Positions 20,171 to 54,384 of a stretch of DNA of 64,000 nucleotides are shown here, piece by piece. Source of the DNA: the human T2T-CHM13v2.0 reference genome, Homo sapiens. The notes below the pieces were generated by a model that did not search any database, was not told where the DNA came from, and was given only the letters and a program-made list of their open reading frames with translations. Both the position numbers and the translations under genes were made by a program. Each line of letters begins with the position of its first letter. Within the stretch, counting starts at the first letter, position 1. The stretch lies in the NCBI RefSeq assembly GCF_009914755.1, contig NC_060944.1; one strand, given 5' to 3'.

Positions 20171-20796
20171 GGGCCTGTCCTGTTTCCAGTTCCCAGCACA
20201 TAGAGCCTTAGAAATCTAGTCAGCCAGCCTGACAGCGTATATCATCTGCACCCTTCTACCAGCGGTGGAAACCCAGTCTGCAAGGCCCTGCCCTCCTTTC
20301 CAGCCTTTTTTTTTTATTGAGCCTTTTCCCTTTTGCTGTTTAGGTTCTCCCACGTGACCATCAACTCCTTGCCTCACATATCCCCCACCCTTTTTTTCAC
20401 CCAGCTCTCTTCTGCTTTTTAAAATTTATTTATTTATTTGTTCATTCTGTCTCTGGATTTGCCTGTGATGGACTTTTCATATAAATAGCATCATACATTA
20501 TTTGGCTTTTTGCATCTGACTTCCTTCACTGAGCACCATGTTTTCAAGGTCTATTTATGTTGTAGCAGATATCATTTCTTCATTCTGTTTTATGGCTGAA
20601 TAATATTCTAATGTATGCATATACCACATTTTTTTTGTCCACTTATCAGTTGGTGAACATTTGGATTGTTTTCACTTTTTGGCTGTTTTGAATAATGTTG
20701 CTATGAACATTTGTATGCAAGTTTTTGTGTGAACATATTTTTCAGTTCTCTTGGGTATTACCTATATGCCTAGGAGTGGAATTTCTGGGTCATATG

Positions 20797-20992
20797 GTAT
20801 CTTAGTCAGTTTTCTATTTCTATAACTGAATATCTGAGACTGGGTAACTTATAAAGAAAAGAAATTTATTTCTTATAGTTCTGGAGGCTAGGGAATCTGA
20901 GGTCGAGGGGCTGCATCTGGTGAAGGACTTCTTGCTGGTGGGGACTCTTCAGAGTCCCGGGGCAGCAAAGGGCATCACATGGAGAGGGAGCA
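20797..20992. mobile_element. ERVL-MaLR LTR fragment (MST/MLT1A-like)
   Basis: tatcttagtc...gagactgggtaact...ttctggaggct...gggcatcacatgg. Confidence 0.65.
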
Positions 20993-21341
20993 CTTCTGTC
21001 TTTGAGATCTTAGACTACACATTCTTCCTTGAAGAAGTCTTCCTGGTTTCTCATGCTGGACCAGATCTTCCATCCTCTGCTATATGCCATTCTAGTACCC
21101 TTCAAGTACCATTCAAGTACTCTTCTGTGTTATATAACCCCACTGAAATCATACAACTGAGTCTGAAATGCTTATTAAACATCTGTTTCCCTTGCTAGAA
21201 TATAAGCTCTATGAAGGCTTTGCATTCCCAGGGCTTCGTATTATGCCTGGCATCTAGCAGGTGCTCAGAAGTGAATTACAGAGTTAATGGATAAACATAT
21301 TTTGGCTGCTGTGTGTGGTTTGGACACATCCTAGGCTGTGA

Positions 21342-21821
<480 letters not shown>

Positions 21822-22844
21822 TGACACATGAGGAAACTGGCTCATAGGGCAAATAAGTAGCAATGTAGGACTGTAGAGTTGGGATTCTAACCCAGGCACA
21901 ACTGGTTCCAAAGCCCAGACTTTCTTCTCTTCATAAATATCTCCAGCCTTCTTCATTCTCCATTTCCTGTTGTTGGACATAGACGTTGTCAAGTAGCAGC
22001 CTCTAGAACTGGCCAGGGTGATAACCAGGCTTGCTGATTCTAGGGTAGTATTGTTTCCATTCACAGCTCTGTAATGGCATTTTTATTTATTTTTTTCCCC
22101 TTCCATCCTCTGCAGATCTTTTTGTGTCACCCACTTGGGTCAAGGACCCCAGCCCTCAACAGATATTTGCAGTGGCTCAGATGTCTTATCTCTTACCTCC
22201 TGCTCAGTACTGGCATGCTTCCCCCCACTTCCCTTGAGATTGTAATCTGTGTATCCTGGGGCCTCCTCCCCAAGGATTGCCTTATAGATATAGCAGTCCT
22301 CCTGAGATTAGAACTGAGGCCAACACAGGGTGGCGAGGAGAAGGGCGGAAAAAGGAGAGGTTGGAGCTGAACAGAGCTGGGTTTGAGTCCCATTTATTAG
22401 CTGGGTAGCTTTGGTGAGTACTCAAAGTCTCTGGGCCTGGTTTCTTCATATCTACCTTGGGTAGTGTCATGGTTAGCAGCATAGGCTTGGAGTCCACTGC
22501 TTCTGTTTGAATACAGGGTCCTTCTCTTATTAGTGATGTGATACTGGGCAAGTGGGCCCTATGTCTAAGTGCACCAGTGCCCTCAGAGTCTGTAAAATGT
22601 AAATAATGGTCCGTACCTCGTAGGATTGTAATGACATTAAGCAAATTAATATATAAAAACTCTTAGAACACTACCTGGCTGCATAGGCAGATGGCAGATG
22701 TTTGTTATCATTACCACAACAGGCTGCTAGGAAGGCAGAGTGAGATGATGTATGCATGAGGCCTTATAAGTACTCAGTAAATGTTTCTTCTCATGTCAAT
22801 TCTTGTTTGTCACTTTTCCACTGTCAATCCACCAGAGAAAAAGT

Positions 22845-29950
<7,106 letters not shown>

Positions 29951-30150
29951 CTAGATCTATGTTTTTAATAGTTGAGTTTTATTCTATTATATGCATATAT
30001 CATAATTAATTTAATTACCTTTTACAGATATTTTGAATTCTTTTTCAAATGTTTACCCTACTGTGGCAGATTTCCTGGTGTGTTTGTCTTTGCATCTGTG
30101 TGCAAGGAAACGTATTAGACAAATTCTGAGAATTACTGGATCAAATAGTT

Positions 30151-30481
30151 CAGCGGTCCCCAAACTTTTTGGCACCAGAGGCTGGTTTCGTGGAAGACAA
30201 TTTTTTCACAGATGGGGGCAGGTGGTAACGCTTTTGGAATGAAACTGTTCCACCTCTGATCATCAGGCATTAGATGGAGCACACAACCTAGATGCCTCTC
30301 ATGCACAGTTCTCAATAGGGTTTGTGCTCCTATGAGACTCTAATGCCGCCACTGATCTGACAGGAGGTGGAGCTCAGGTGATAATGCTCATGCACCTGCC
30401 ACTCATCTCCTGCTGTACAGCCTCATTCCTAACAGGCCACGGACCTGTACCAGTCCATGGCCAGGGGATTGGGGACCCCTG
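30151..30481. mobile_element. MER1B-like hAT-Charlie element
   Basis: TIRs cagcggtccccaa / ttggggacccctg, perfect 8-bp TSD aaatagtt (30143-30150, 30482-30489). Confidence 0.9.
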
Positions 30482-30647
30482 AAATAGTTAATCCAGTGCA
30501 TACTGACTACATACATTTAAAACATTGGTAGATGTTGTTGAAGTGCCTTTCCGAAAGATCAAACTCAGGGCTTTTTATATGTGTTTTGTTAAGCCAGACC
30601 TACTGCTTGTGGAACTTGGATTTATTCCCATTAACATTAATTTGAGG

Positions 30648-32373
<1,726 letters not shown>

Positions 32374-33247
32374 CTACCTCAGCCTCCTGAGTAGCTAGGA
32401 CTCAGGTGTGCACCACTGCAACTGGCTCTTGGTGATCTTTTTAAATAACTCTCATGGAGGGCCTATTATATGTCGGTGCTGTGCTAGGCATATCACATAC
32501 TTTATCTGCAATTCTTTTTTTTGAGGCAAAGTCTTACTGTTGCCCAGACTGCACACAGTGTTGTAAACACAGCTCACTACAGCCTCAACTTCCTGGGCTC
32601 ATGCAATCCTTCCATCTCAGTGTCCCCAGTTGCTAGAGCTACAGGTGTGCACCAGCATGCCTGGCTAATTCTTTAATTTATTGTAGAGATGAGGTCTTGC
32701 CATGTTGCCTAGGCTGGTCTTGAACTCCTGGGCTCAAGTGATCCTCTACTTTGATCTCCCAAAGTGCTGGGATTACAAATGTGAACTACCATGCACAGCC
32801 TGTAATTCTTACAATAGTTCTATGAGAGGGCTCTGATGCTTATATGACTTGTCCAAAGTTCCATGACCAGTCATCCATTTATCTCTTATTGCTGACTCTG
32901 CCCCAATTTGAAAGCCCAGTTTGAAGGCCGGGATAAATATGGTCTGTTAATGGAATGAATCCAAGAGACCTGAGTTCAAATCCAAGCTTTAACCTTTTTC
33001 TGGGTGACTTGAGCTCTCTGCTGTTCATCTTATCTCTTAAAGTGTGTTAATCACCCTTCTCCAGATGTAATAGATGTAAAGGCTCTAGCGCAGGGCCTGC
33101 CACCCAGGGACATTACATGGAGGCCACAGTGTTTTATCTTTCTTTTTTTTTTAAAAAATTTCCCCATGTGCTAGACCATCCAGGCAGGTTCCTGTGATAA
33201 GCTTCAACTACTACCACCATAACCATCATATATGCAAAGATCCATAA

Positions 33248-33454
<207 letters not shown>

Positions 33455-34027
33455 TAAGCTCAGCCCTGGGCAGATAGACGGGTCCAGATTGTGGTTGCAA
33501 AGGGAGATAATACTTATATGGCAGAATGTCAGGGATGCGGATAAGGGGCAAAGGTGGAGGACACAGGTCAATCCCAAAGGATTGTGCATGAGGCAACCTA
33601 GAGATGTCCTGGGTCTGAGAGCCAGGACCTGCATTCTCCACCTGTAACTCACAAGGCTACGTCAGGCATTCAGCCACTTCTTTTCTCAGGGCCTCAGTAA
33701 CCCATTTAAGGAAGAAGGGGCTGGACATATCTTCTGGCTCTGACATTCTGTCAGTCTGTGTGTTTCTGGGCCCTTTTGATTCTGAGCTGCTTCAGAAAAT
33801 TCTGTCCATCTAAGGAAGGCAGTTACAGCATAGTAGATAAGAGCCTGTGTTTGGAATTAAGCCTGGCTTGGCCACTTATTTTAGCTCTTATTTTAGAGGT
33901 CAAGGGACTTGACCTCTCTAAGCTGTATTTCTTGGTAGATAATAGCATCTAACTCTTGGGGTTGTTGCAAGCCAGCAATTAAATGAGATAATGATAATTA
34001 TAGTTAACACTTACAGAGTATTTTTTG

Positions 34028-35110
<1,083 letters not shown>

Positions 35111-35424
35111 TCAGTGGGGACCAGCCTAGAATCAGCTCATTGCTGGGCCCAGAGCAGCACAGCCCCCTCCCCCTGCTACTTTTGAAATTGAAGTGTCATA
35201 ATGAGACTAACAATGGCACCAGTGTCACAATCCCTGCATTCCTACAAGGGCCACTTCACGTGAGTCCTTTGCCTGTTAACATTTCCAAGCTCCTGGCCTC
35301 CATAACGAGCACCCTGTGACTTTTGAGACGTTATGGATAATCCTTCTGAAGAATCTAGGTTGCAGTGAGCCAAGATTGTGCCGCTGCACTCCAGCCTGGG
35401 CGACAAGAGCAAAACTCTGTCTCA

Positions 35425-35592
<168 letters not shown>

Positions 35593-36050
35593 TTAGCTGG
35601 GCATGGTGGTGGGTGCCTGTAGTCCCTGCTACTTGGGAGGCTGAGGCATGAGTATCACTTGAACTCCAGAAGTGGAGGTTGCAGTGAGCAGAGATCCCAT
35701 CAGTGCACTCGAGCCTGGCGACAGAGTGAGACTCCGTCTCAAAGAAAAAAAAGAAAAAAAAAAAGAAAGAAATTCCTTCCTCATGCTGAGCATGAGAGGG
35801 CCAGCCTGGACTTCCCACCCATTAGGCCTGGCTTGGCTGCATGGGATCATCAGCCCCTGCCTCCAGGAGAACAGCCCTCAGGTGTTTAAGGGGAGGGCCT
35901 GTATCACCTTCCTCTCCCAAGTCTCCTCTTTCGCACCCTCCAATTCCTGACAATGGGAGTCAGGGCTTGATTTTGAGTTTTCTCGCCTTCTGGGAAGTTG
36001 TGAATTCCCCAGGGAGGGGAGCCCTCCATGTGCAGAAGAGTGAGGGCTGA

Positions 36051-36278
<228 letters not shown>

Positions 36279-36557
36279 TGAATGGGCTGGAATGTTAAGT
36301 AATGACAGTAAAGGTTTAAAAACACTTCCCTCCATATTTGATATTAAGGAATTATGTTGATTTGTAAAGATGTGATAAGAATAGGCCGGGCGCGGTGGCT
36401 CACACCTGTAATCCCAGCACTATGAGAGGCCGAGGTGGGCAGATCACAAGGTCAGGAGTTTGAGACCAGCCTGACCAACATGGTGAAACCCTGTCTCTAC
36501 TAAAAATACAAAAATTAGCTGGGCATGGTGGTGTACGCCTGTAATCCCAGCTGAATC

Positions 36558-36866
36558 CAGGAACAAGGCAAAGATGTTCCCTCTTACCACTCCTATTCAA
36601 CATTGTATTGAAAGTCCTAGCTAGTCCATTCAAGAAAAGGAAATAAAAGGTATACAGATTGGGAAGTAAGAAATAAAACTATCTTTGTTTGCAGATAACA
36701 TTATTGTCTATGTAGATAATTCCAAACAATTTTTTTAAAAAGAAAAACCTCCTGAAACTAATGAGATTATAGCAAGGTCACAGGATACAAAATTAATATA
36801 GAGAGTCCATTGCTTTCCTTATACCAGCAATGAACAATTGAAATTTGACATTTAAAAACACAATAC
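36558..36866 (+). mobile_element. L1 ORF2 reverse-transcriptase fossil fragment
   Basis: Translates to [21 protein letters not shown] and, after a frameshift, [23 protein letters not shown] (cf. L1 [32 protein letters not shown]). Confidence 0.85.
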
Positions 36867-36867
36867 C

Positions 36868-43087
<6,220 letters not shown>

Positions 43088-44155
43088 GGTGGTGTCTGCT
43101 TCACTTCAATTTATTAATGTTTCAGAGTAAGGTGCTCAGAGATGAACACAGGGCACTAAGGGACAGGGAGGCCTGGGCAGGATGGAGGCACGAGGATGGA
43201 AAAGGCCTTGCTCAGTTTGGTAGGCAGTGACAGGAGGGGAGGCTGTGTCAGGAACAGGAACAACAGGGTCTGTTTTGTCCAGGCCCTGCAATGCTGGAAC
43301 AGGGAGTAAGGCCTTGATTTCCTAGAAGTCCTGGAAGGCTTTGGGTGGGGACTTAGCACAAGGACCTGGCTGCTGCTTCCCACATAGGGCCAGCACATAG
43401 AAAGCCTTCAACAAATATTTGTTAACATGACCCCTTTGAAGAAAATGTCTGCGGATGCCTTCGTGAGGTGCCTGTGGTAGGACTCTGAGCTCCCTGTGTT
43501 GAGGCCCTGGCTTCAGCTGTAGGAGAATGAGAGTGGTAACTGCTTGACTGAACCCGCCCCCTGGAAGGTGGGTCACATCGTCCTCACCCTTGGGAGTAGC
43601 AGTGTGGAGCTGGGTCAGCCCTGGGAGCAGCAGAGGGTGGGGCCTAGGGTGGAGGGACCCAGGTTTTGAGCCAGGAGATATAGGAAGTCCAACTTCTCCA
43701 AGGAACAGGCAGGCTGAGGCCTCTGAGGTGGTCAAGACTGGGCAGGCCAGAGCCATGGGCAGCGCAGAAGAGAGGTGGCAAGCAGCATTTCTTATTTTCA
43801 TTCTGCTTCTAATAGTTAGCTGTGTGGCCACGGGCAAATCACTTTCCCTTTCTGAATCTATGTCATGGGAAAATGAGGAGATTCATCTGGGTGAGCTGCC
43901 ACCTCTAAAGTTGTGTGGCTCCATTTGGGTCACTCATTCAGCAGATATTCCTTGAGCACCTACCATGCTCCAAGCATGGAACAAAGTGCCATTGTGGCTG
44001 AGTAGACTGACGTAATTCCTGCCCTTATGGGGCTTATGATCTAGTCAGGACAGACAACAAACAGATAACTAGTAAATACATAGAAAGTTACAAATTGCTG
44101 TTAGGAATGGAATGAAAAGCAGGGTGGGTGGGGAGGTTCTTAAATGGGGTAGCTA

Positions 44156-44587
<432 letters not shown>

Positions 44588-45032
44588 TCAAGGTTCAAGG
44601 CAGGAGGGAGGAGGCGTGTTGGGGGGATTGGAAGGGAGGGCAGGGTGGCTGGAACAGACTAAGCAAGGCAGCAGTGACATGAGGCTGAGATGGAGGGCTT
44701 GGAAGGGTGAGACAGCCCAGGCCTTAGGCGGCATGAGATTTATTTGATCCCAGGTGCTTTGGGATGCTGTTTGAAGCATCTAGCCAGAGAAGCAACTGAC
44801 TCCAGCTGTGTGCATGCAGCAAGTGGGTTGGAGGTGGCTGAGAGAGCAAGCAGGACAGCAGTGCTCCTGAGTGGATCCCTGGTTCAAGGTTGGGCTCTGC
44901 CACTTTATGTCTCATTACCTTGGGCAAGCTACTTAACCTGTTTGTGCCTCAGTTTCCTCATTGTAGTTGCTGAAAGCACAGACTCTGAAGACAGACCACC
45001 TGATTCAAAGCCTAGGTTTATTGCTTTCCTGA

Positions 45033-45224
<192 letters not shown>

Positions 45225-46109
45225 TAATTTTCTGTATTTTTAATAGAGATGGGGTTTCACCATGTTAGCCAGGATGGTCTCGATCTCCTGACCTCGTGAT
45301 CTGCCCACCTCGGCCTCCCAAAGTGCTGGGATTACAGGCATGAGCCACTGCGCCCGGCCGATGTTGGACAATTTTCTTAACCTCAGCATCCTCACCTGTA
45401 ACATGAGAATAAGAATAGGAGTCAGCTCACTGGATTGTGGTGAGGGTTAAATGGGTTATAGATGCAAAAACTACAAAAGGGCCTGGAATTTAGTGAGTGC
45501 TCAATAAATGTTTGTTGGTGCTATTATTACCATTTCATCATCATTGCTATTGTAATTATAAGATGATTGACCGTGGATAGGTAAATTTCCTTTCCTGAAC
45601 CTCATTTTCCACATCTGAGGATAACCCCCACATGCTAGGATGGTTGTAAGGTGTAAATTCATATATATATGTTTCCTCTCCAGAGTAGGAGCTGGCTAAA
45701 GAGCAGCCATTCTGGTTTCTATGCAAGTCCTGGCATTGACTAGGAGGGCCTTTGTTCCCACTGTACTCAACATGAGAGACACACGAGGTGCTTCATGTCC
45801 CCCAGAGAACTCTCACATGTGCCATCTCGTGTAGACCCTCAGCAGCTTCAGAGGAAAGGTGGCATAGCTCCACCCCAGTCTTGCCAAAGAGAGACAAAGC
45901 CAGGGCTCAGAGCACCCAAAAATTTGTACGTGGTCATATTTCAAGGTCTAGAACCCAAATGGTGGAGGTGGGGAGGGTGTTCCAGATCCCACTTCACATC
46001 TCCTTTCAAATTCAGAATCCTTCGGAGACATGTCGATAGATATTCTCACCTGCATTTCACAGGCGAGCAATGGCCCAGGAGGTACTGTGTGCCCCAAATC
46101 ACATAAGTA

Positions 46110-46500
46110 CAATTTTAAAATATGGAATCAATCTAAGTGTCCGTTAACAGATGAATGGATAAGGAAAATGTGGGACATATACACAATGGAATATCATTCA
46201 GCCATAAAAAGGAATGAGATCCTGTCATTTGCAGCAGCGTGGATGGCACTGGAGGCTGTTATGTTAAGTGGAATAAGCCAAGCACAGAAAGACAAATATT
46301 GTATGTTCTCACTCATATGTGGGACCTAAAAACTGGATCTCATGAAGATAGGGAGTAGATTGGTGGTTACCAGAGGCTGGGATGGGGAGGAAGAGAGGGA
46401 ACGAAAAGAAAGAATATGCATGTATTTATTTCCAGTGAACTGTATGCTTAAAAATGGTAAAGATGGTAAATTAGATGTGTATATTGTACTTCAACAACAG
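46110..46500 (+). mobile_element. L1MA-type 3' end fragment
   Basis: tggaatcaatctaagtgtcc...gatgaatggataaggaaaatgtgg...gccataaaaaggaatgagatcctgtcatttgcagc. Confidence 0.85.
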
Positions 46501-46979
46501 CAACTTGGATCCAGGATTAGTCCCAACCCCATGTGTCCTCCACAGAGTGGGCCTCTTGGTTTGTGGCCCTTTTTCTTCTTGAGCCCTATACAGCTGGCAT
46601 TGGTGGCTCTGGGGCCACTAACCGTTCCTGCCCCTGCCCCTCCTTGCCTGAGCCTTGATTAACAGCTGAGAGGCTGAAGACTGAGCACTGGATTGGGAGT
46701 TCAGCAACAAGGATTCTAGTCCTGGCTCTGCCTGTCCCAGGTGTCTCCTTAAAAAGCGGATTGCACCCTTCATCACGGAAGCAAGTATGCCTGTGGACTT
46801 CCATCTCCCTTCCAGATAGAACAAAGTAGGAATTCAAGCCAAGGAACAGGAGGGCAGCTGGAGAGAGGAGGACCTGTGGCCACCGAAGTCTGTGAGGGAT
46901 GGAGGAGAAACAGAGGCCTGCAGGAAAGTGTGGGGTGGGTGGCTGCAAAGATAAGGTCCAGAAGAGGACTGGCTGTTTG

Positions 46980-47908
<929 letters not shown>

Positions 47909-47956
47909 TGATTTTTGTTGTAAGTCCTAAGGAAGAGAAAAGAGATTTGCTCGACA

Positions 47957-47988
<32 letters not shown>

Positions 47989-48221
47989 GCTGTAATTGGA
48001 CATTGGGGAAAACTTGAGAGCAATAGTGGCAGTGAGATTGCTGGAGTGGGACAGTGGGTAATCTGATTTAGGTGCTCTTCTAATTCCACGGTTAGAGGAA
48101 TTCCATATGATGTAGCAAAAGGGGCCCAGGATTTCTCCTGCCTGTCATTTGCTCAGTGATCCCAGATAAATTCACCTCCTGTTTGAGGCCTTCTTTTTCC
48201 CATCTAGAAAATCTGTGGGTA

Positions 48222-48519
48222 GGCTGGGCACGGTGGCTCACGCCTGTAATCCCAGCACTTTGGGAGACCGAGGCGGGTAGATCACCTGAGGTCAGGAGTT
48301 CGAGACCAGCCTGACCAACATGGAGAAACCCCATCTCTACTCAAAATACAAAAGGTAGCGCATGCCTGTAATCCCAGCTACTCAGGTGGCTGAGGCAGGA
48401 GAATCGTTTGAACCTGGGAGGCAGAGGTTGCAGTGAGCTGAGATTTGGGCCATTGCACTCCAGCCTGGGCAACAACAGCGAAACTCCGTCTCAAAAAAAA
48501 ATAAAAGAAAAAAAAGAAT
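48222..48519 (+). mobile_element. AluSp-like, ending about 60 nt upstream of the exon acceptor
   Basis: ctgaccaacatggagaaacc variant; TSD approx gaaaatctg(t/c)ggg(t/c)ag. Confidence 0.85.
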
Positions 48520-48559
48520 GAAAATCTGCGGGCAGACCTGGCCAGTCTCTGAGGTCTAA

Positions 48560-48784
<225 letters not shown>

Positions 48785-49031
48785 TGAAATGAACAATTTT
48801 TCACCTGTTATTTTAGTAAAAGAAGGAAAAATATAATACCTGTTGCTGACAAGGGTGAAATGAAACTGGGAGTTGTTGGTACACTCTAGATAGGCTCAAT
48901 CCTTTTGATAATAATTTTAGCATTACATTTCAAGTGCTATAAAACTGTCCCAACACTTTGAGACAGAGATTCATCTGTGAATTTATAGAGCCGAAATATG
49001 GAGAAAGCCCTGCATTAAGATGTTCATTGCA

Positions 49032-49942
<911 letters not shown>

Positions 49943-52900
49943 TAAGATGTTCATAGCAGCCATATTCATAATAGAAAAACAATGACAACAACATTGATGT
50001 GTGCCACACTAAGGGGATAGTTTATAAAATTGTGGTATATTCTCTTGATAGAACATAATTGTTTTATTTAAAAAATGGTAAGCTTAATGGCTCTGTAACA
50101 GCAGGGTAAAATGGGTGATATAATGATACTGGAAAAGGGTGGTACAGAATTGTACATGTGCTATGACTATGCCTTTATAAAACACTTACCCGAGAGAAAC
50201 CTAGAAGGAAATAAGCAAAAATGACAATGCCTATGGTAAGAGTCGTTTTCTCTGGGAGGTGAGACTAAAGGGGACTTTCTGGTTATATATTCCTCTCATG
50301 TTTTATTTTATTTTTATTTACTTATTTTTTTGAGGCAGGTTCTCACTCTGTTCCCCAGGCTGGAGTGCAGTGGCACAATCATGGCTCACTGTAGCCTTGA
50401 CCTTCTGGGCTCAAGGGATCCTCCCACCTCAGTCTCCTGAGTAGCTGGAACTATAAATGTACACTACAATGCTCAGCTAATTGAAAATTTTTTTGTAGAG
50501 ATGGGGGTCTCATTACGTTGCCCAAGCTGGTCTTGAACCAGTCCTCCTGCCTTGGTCTTCCAAAATGCTGAGATTTACTTTTATAATTATTAAAAATAAA
50601 TATGTATCTTGAAAGATTAGATAATTTTTTTTTTACTTTTTCATAGTGTCCAAATTTTCTAGAGTGAATGTTAATGCTTTTATAATGGGAACAAATAACT
50701 TTTTTAAGTGTAAAAATTAATTTATTGCCCAGACCAGTGGTCTCAAAACTGTTTCCATCTCACACTGCTATTACTAAAAAGTGTTCAAGCATGTACTCCC
50801 TGGTATGTATATGTAATATAAATAACATCTGTTAATTTGTTTTTATTATATCCACATATAATATTACTGTACCAATATATATTATAAACATATAAAAATT
50901 GATCTTTTAAAAGAAAAAGAGAAAGATAAATATAAATGAAATCCTACTATTCACATACTCTAGTGGATCTTGTACATCTCCCTGGGTGACATGTCTCTCC
51001 ACCCCGGCTTTGTTTTGTGTGTGTGTGTGAGAGATGGGGTCTCACTCTGTCATCCAGGCTGGCATGCTGTGGCTGAATCTCAACTCACTGCAACCTCTGC
51101 CTCCCGGGCTCAAGTGATCCTCCCACCTCAGCCTCCCCAGTAGCTGGGACAACAGGCAGGCGCCACCATGCCTGGCTAATTTTTTTGTATTTTTTGGTAG
51201 AGACGGGGTTTTGCCATGTTGCCCAGGCTGGTCTCAAACTCCTGAGCTCAAAGGATCCACCCACCTTGGCCTCCCAAAGTGCTGGGATTGCATGAGCCAC
51301 CGCGCCTGGCCTCCACCCCCACTTCGGGACCACCAAGCTAGACTCCCGCAAGTCTTATCACGGGTTCCTCCCCTTCAGTCTCCTGCCTGCTGGATTCTTT
51401 CTGCACACTGTGTTCTTGTTAAAACCCTAATCTAGTTGTGTTAAACTCCTGCTTGAAACCTTTCAATGGTATCTCACTGCCTATAGGATAAAGTCCAAAC
51501 TCAATGCTACCTCAATGACCCACCACAGTCTGACACCCCACTCAAGTCCCCTCCAGCATCTCCTGCCACCTCCAACTCACTCCAGCAGCCCAGGCGGGTT
51601 GCCTGCTAGATGCTGCACATACCTTGCCTTTGCCAATGCTGGCCCTTTTGCCTGAAATGCTAACCCCAGTCCTGCCTCCACCCTTTGTGATAAATTCCTG
51701 CTCATTCTCTAAGATTCATCTTCTGCAGCAAACCTCCTCAGACTAACCCCAGTTTGGGATAAGTACCCCCTTTCTGCACACTCATAATATTCTCTACACA
51801 GCTCTGTCATTGACCGTATCGTGTTGTCATACAGTTACCTGTTTGCACAGCTCTTTCCCTTCCACCTGATTAAGTGCTTCAGGAAGGCAAGGCTGTGCTT
51901 TATCCGCCTTTGGTCTCTAGCACCTGTACAGTGCCCAGCATGCAGAAGGTGCTTAATAAATGTTGACTAAATGTGATGGGCCATACTCATTGCAGAAGAT
52001 TGAAAAACACTGAACAGCAAAAAAAGACAAAACCCAAATCATTTGCAGTCTTCCAGCAATCCCAGTTAGCATCTTCTGTATTTCCTTTTAGTGTTTTATT
52101 CACTTCGTGAATATGTGCCAAATATGCCTTTATTGTCATACTCTGTTTTCATAATGGAGCTCATACTTCTTACACATTTTCTTTACTTGCGGTGATATTG
52201 TGGTCAGATACGGTTTTGGCAGCAGGTGTGGGAAGCGAGTGATTCCAATGGTAGAGAAAGGGGGTATGAAGGCAGACAGAGCTGCAGGTGATTCCAGCCC
52301 TGGCCAATAAGCACACAAAAGGCTCTGACGTGAGATCTTCATGACCTTGAGCAGTGTGAGGTCTTCATGACCTTCTCTAGGCTTTTGACTCCAATCAGCA
52401 AAACAAGAAAATTAGAGTAGATCAGTATTTTTTAAAGTATGAACATATTCCACAGGAGGGTTACAGGATGATTTTAGGTGGCTCACAGATTGACGTTTTT
52501 AGTTTTAACATTTATGTATTTATTTATGTGAATTAGAAAAAGCAGCATGACTAACTTACTAACTGTGTGATCTGACAGATCTTGTTGCTTAAGACAAAGT
52601 TAAAGTAAATATTTAAGTAAAAGGAACTGAACAGATTGAAGGAAAATCATTTGTAATTTTTTTTTTTTTTTTTAGACAGAGTCTTGCTTTGTCACCCAGG
52701 CTGGAGTGCAGTGGTGTGATCTTGGCTCACTGCAAACTCTGCCTCCTGGCTTCAAGTGATTCTTCTGCCTCAGCCTCCCAAGTAGATGGGATTACAGGCG
52801 CCGCCACCACACCTGACTACTTTTAGTAGAGATGGGGTTTCACCATGTTGGCCAGGCTGGTCTCGAACTCCCAACCTGAGGTGATCCGCCCACCTCGGCC

Positions 52901-54384
52901 TCCCAAAGTGCTGGGATTACAGGTGTGAGCCACCGTGCCCAGCCCGGAAAATCATTAATAAATTTAAAGAGCAGATGATATGTAGATAAGGCCAACACTG
53001 GGGCAGTCTTGTGAGAAAAACAAGCTGAAAAATACTGGCGGTTCCTTCTGGTTCAAGGATGCCACACTTCTCTGATTCCTGGGTATTACCAATATAGGAA
53101 ATGGCCATGTAGACCTGCCACTCAAAAAAGGGTTTAAGGAGCCTTAGCTCCTTGCATATTGCCTGGCACATGATGGGGATCAGTTAATATCTGTTGAATG
53201 GAAATTCATAAAAGGTTTACATAGAGTTGAGTGGGGGCAGATGGAACATTCAGCATCCGCCCTGCTCAGTCAGCATTTGCGGCCCTCATCTAGAATGCTG
53301 ACCCACAGAATTCTGTCTTATTCATTAATCGTTGAACTCATGCCTTTCTAGACTGCTAAAACAGGCAGAAAACATATCCATTATCTAGCTCAAATCCCTC
53401 ACGTTTTAACCGAAGACTCTGAGATCCTGAAGATCACAGAGCCGGTGGCAGAGGTACCTGTCCTGTGAATAGCGCAGGCTGGTTATCCTGAAAATCACCC
53501 CTACAGAGCACAGGGCGGCCCATGTGGGGTAGAATGCATGGCTGCATCCACAAGAAAGTCAGGAAATCCCCAAGGCCAAAGTGAAGAGGATCACCCAAAA
53601 CAGACAGACAGTATGAACTAATGCTGGGGATTGCCCAGGAGGGCTTAAGGGCGTCACGGGCTGGTTTTTTTTGGGACGGAGTCTCACTCTGTCGCCCAGG
53701 CTAGAGTGCAGTCTCGTGATCTCAGGTCACTGCAATGTCCCCCCACTGGGTTCAAGTGATTCTTGTGGCTCAGCCTCCTGAGTAGCTGGGATTACAGGCG
53801 TGTGCCACCACACCTGGCTAATTTTTGTATTTTTAGTAGAGACAGGGTTTCACCATCTTGGCCAGGCTAGTCTCAAACTCCTGATCTGAAGTCATCCACC
53901 CGCCTGGTCTCCTAAAGTGCTGGGATTACAGGCATGAGCCACCGCACCCAGCCATGGGTTGATTTTTTAAAGCCTGAAAGGACAGATGCAGCTTTCAGTT
54001 CAAGTGAGACAGGGGATTGGAACTGAGACCCCTGTGTGAAGCTGAGGCTACCCTGTTCAGTGAAAAAGTAGACTAGAAATCAATGTGACCATCAGCATCA
54101 GGAAGTGACATGGAGTCTTGTCTGTCCTAGCTTAGAATCTAGGTTAAAAAAAAATTATCCCCTAAGAATTAGTCATCACATGCTTTCCCCCTCCTAGGTT
54201 TTGGTGAATCCCTTAGCCTCACCCCAATTTCTATGTTTCTGAAATGGAGTGGTTGTGAAAATTAAATGAGTTCACAAATGTAAAGTGCTTGACACATGGT
54301 AAGTTCTAAGTCTGAGTGAGATGTTGTTGTTATTTATTATGTAAGAAATTGAGAGTTAATGGAACTTTTTAAGTGAGGACTACC

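Noticed and set aside
52095-52125. Faint resemblance to antisense U6 snRNA 3' end
   Set aside because: Similarity does not extend; no snRNA, tRNA or 7SL pseudogene could be supported in the window.
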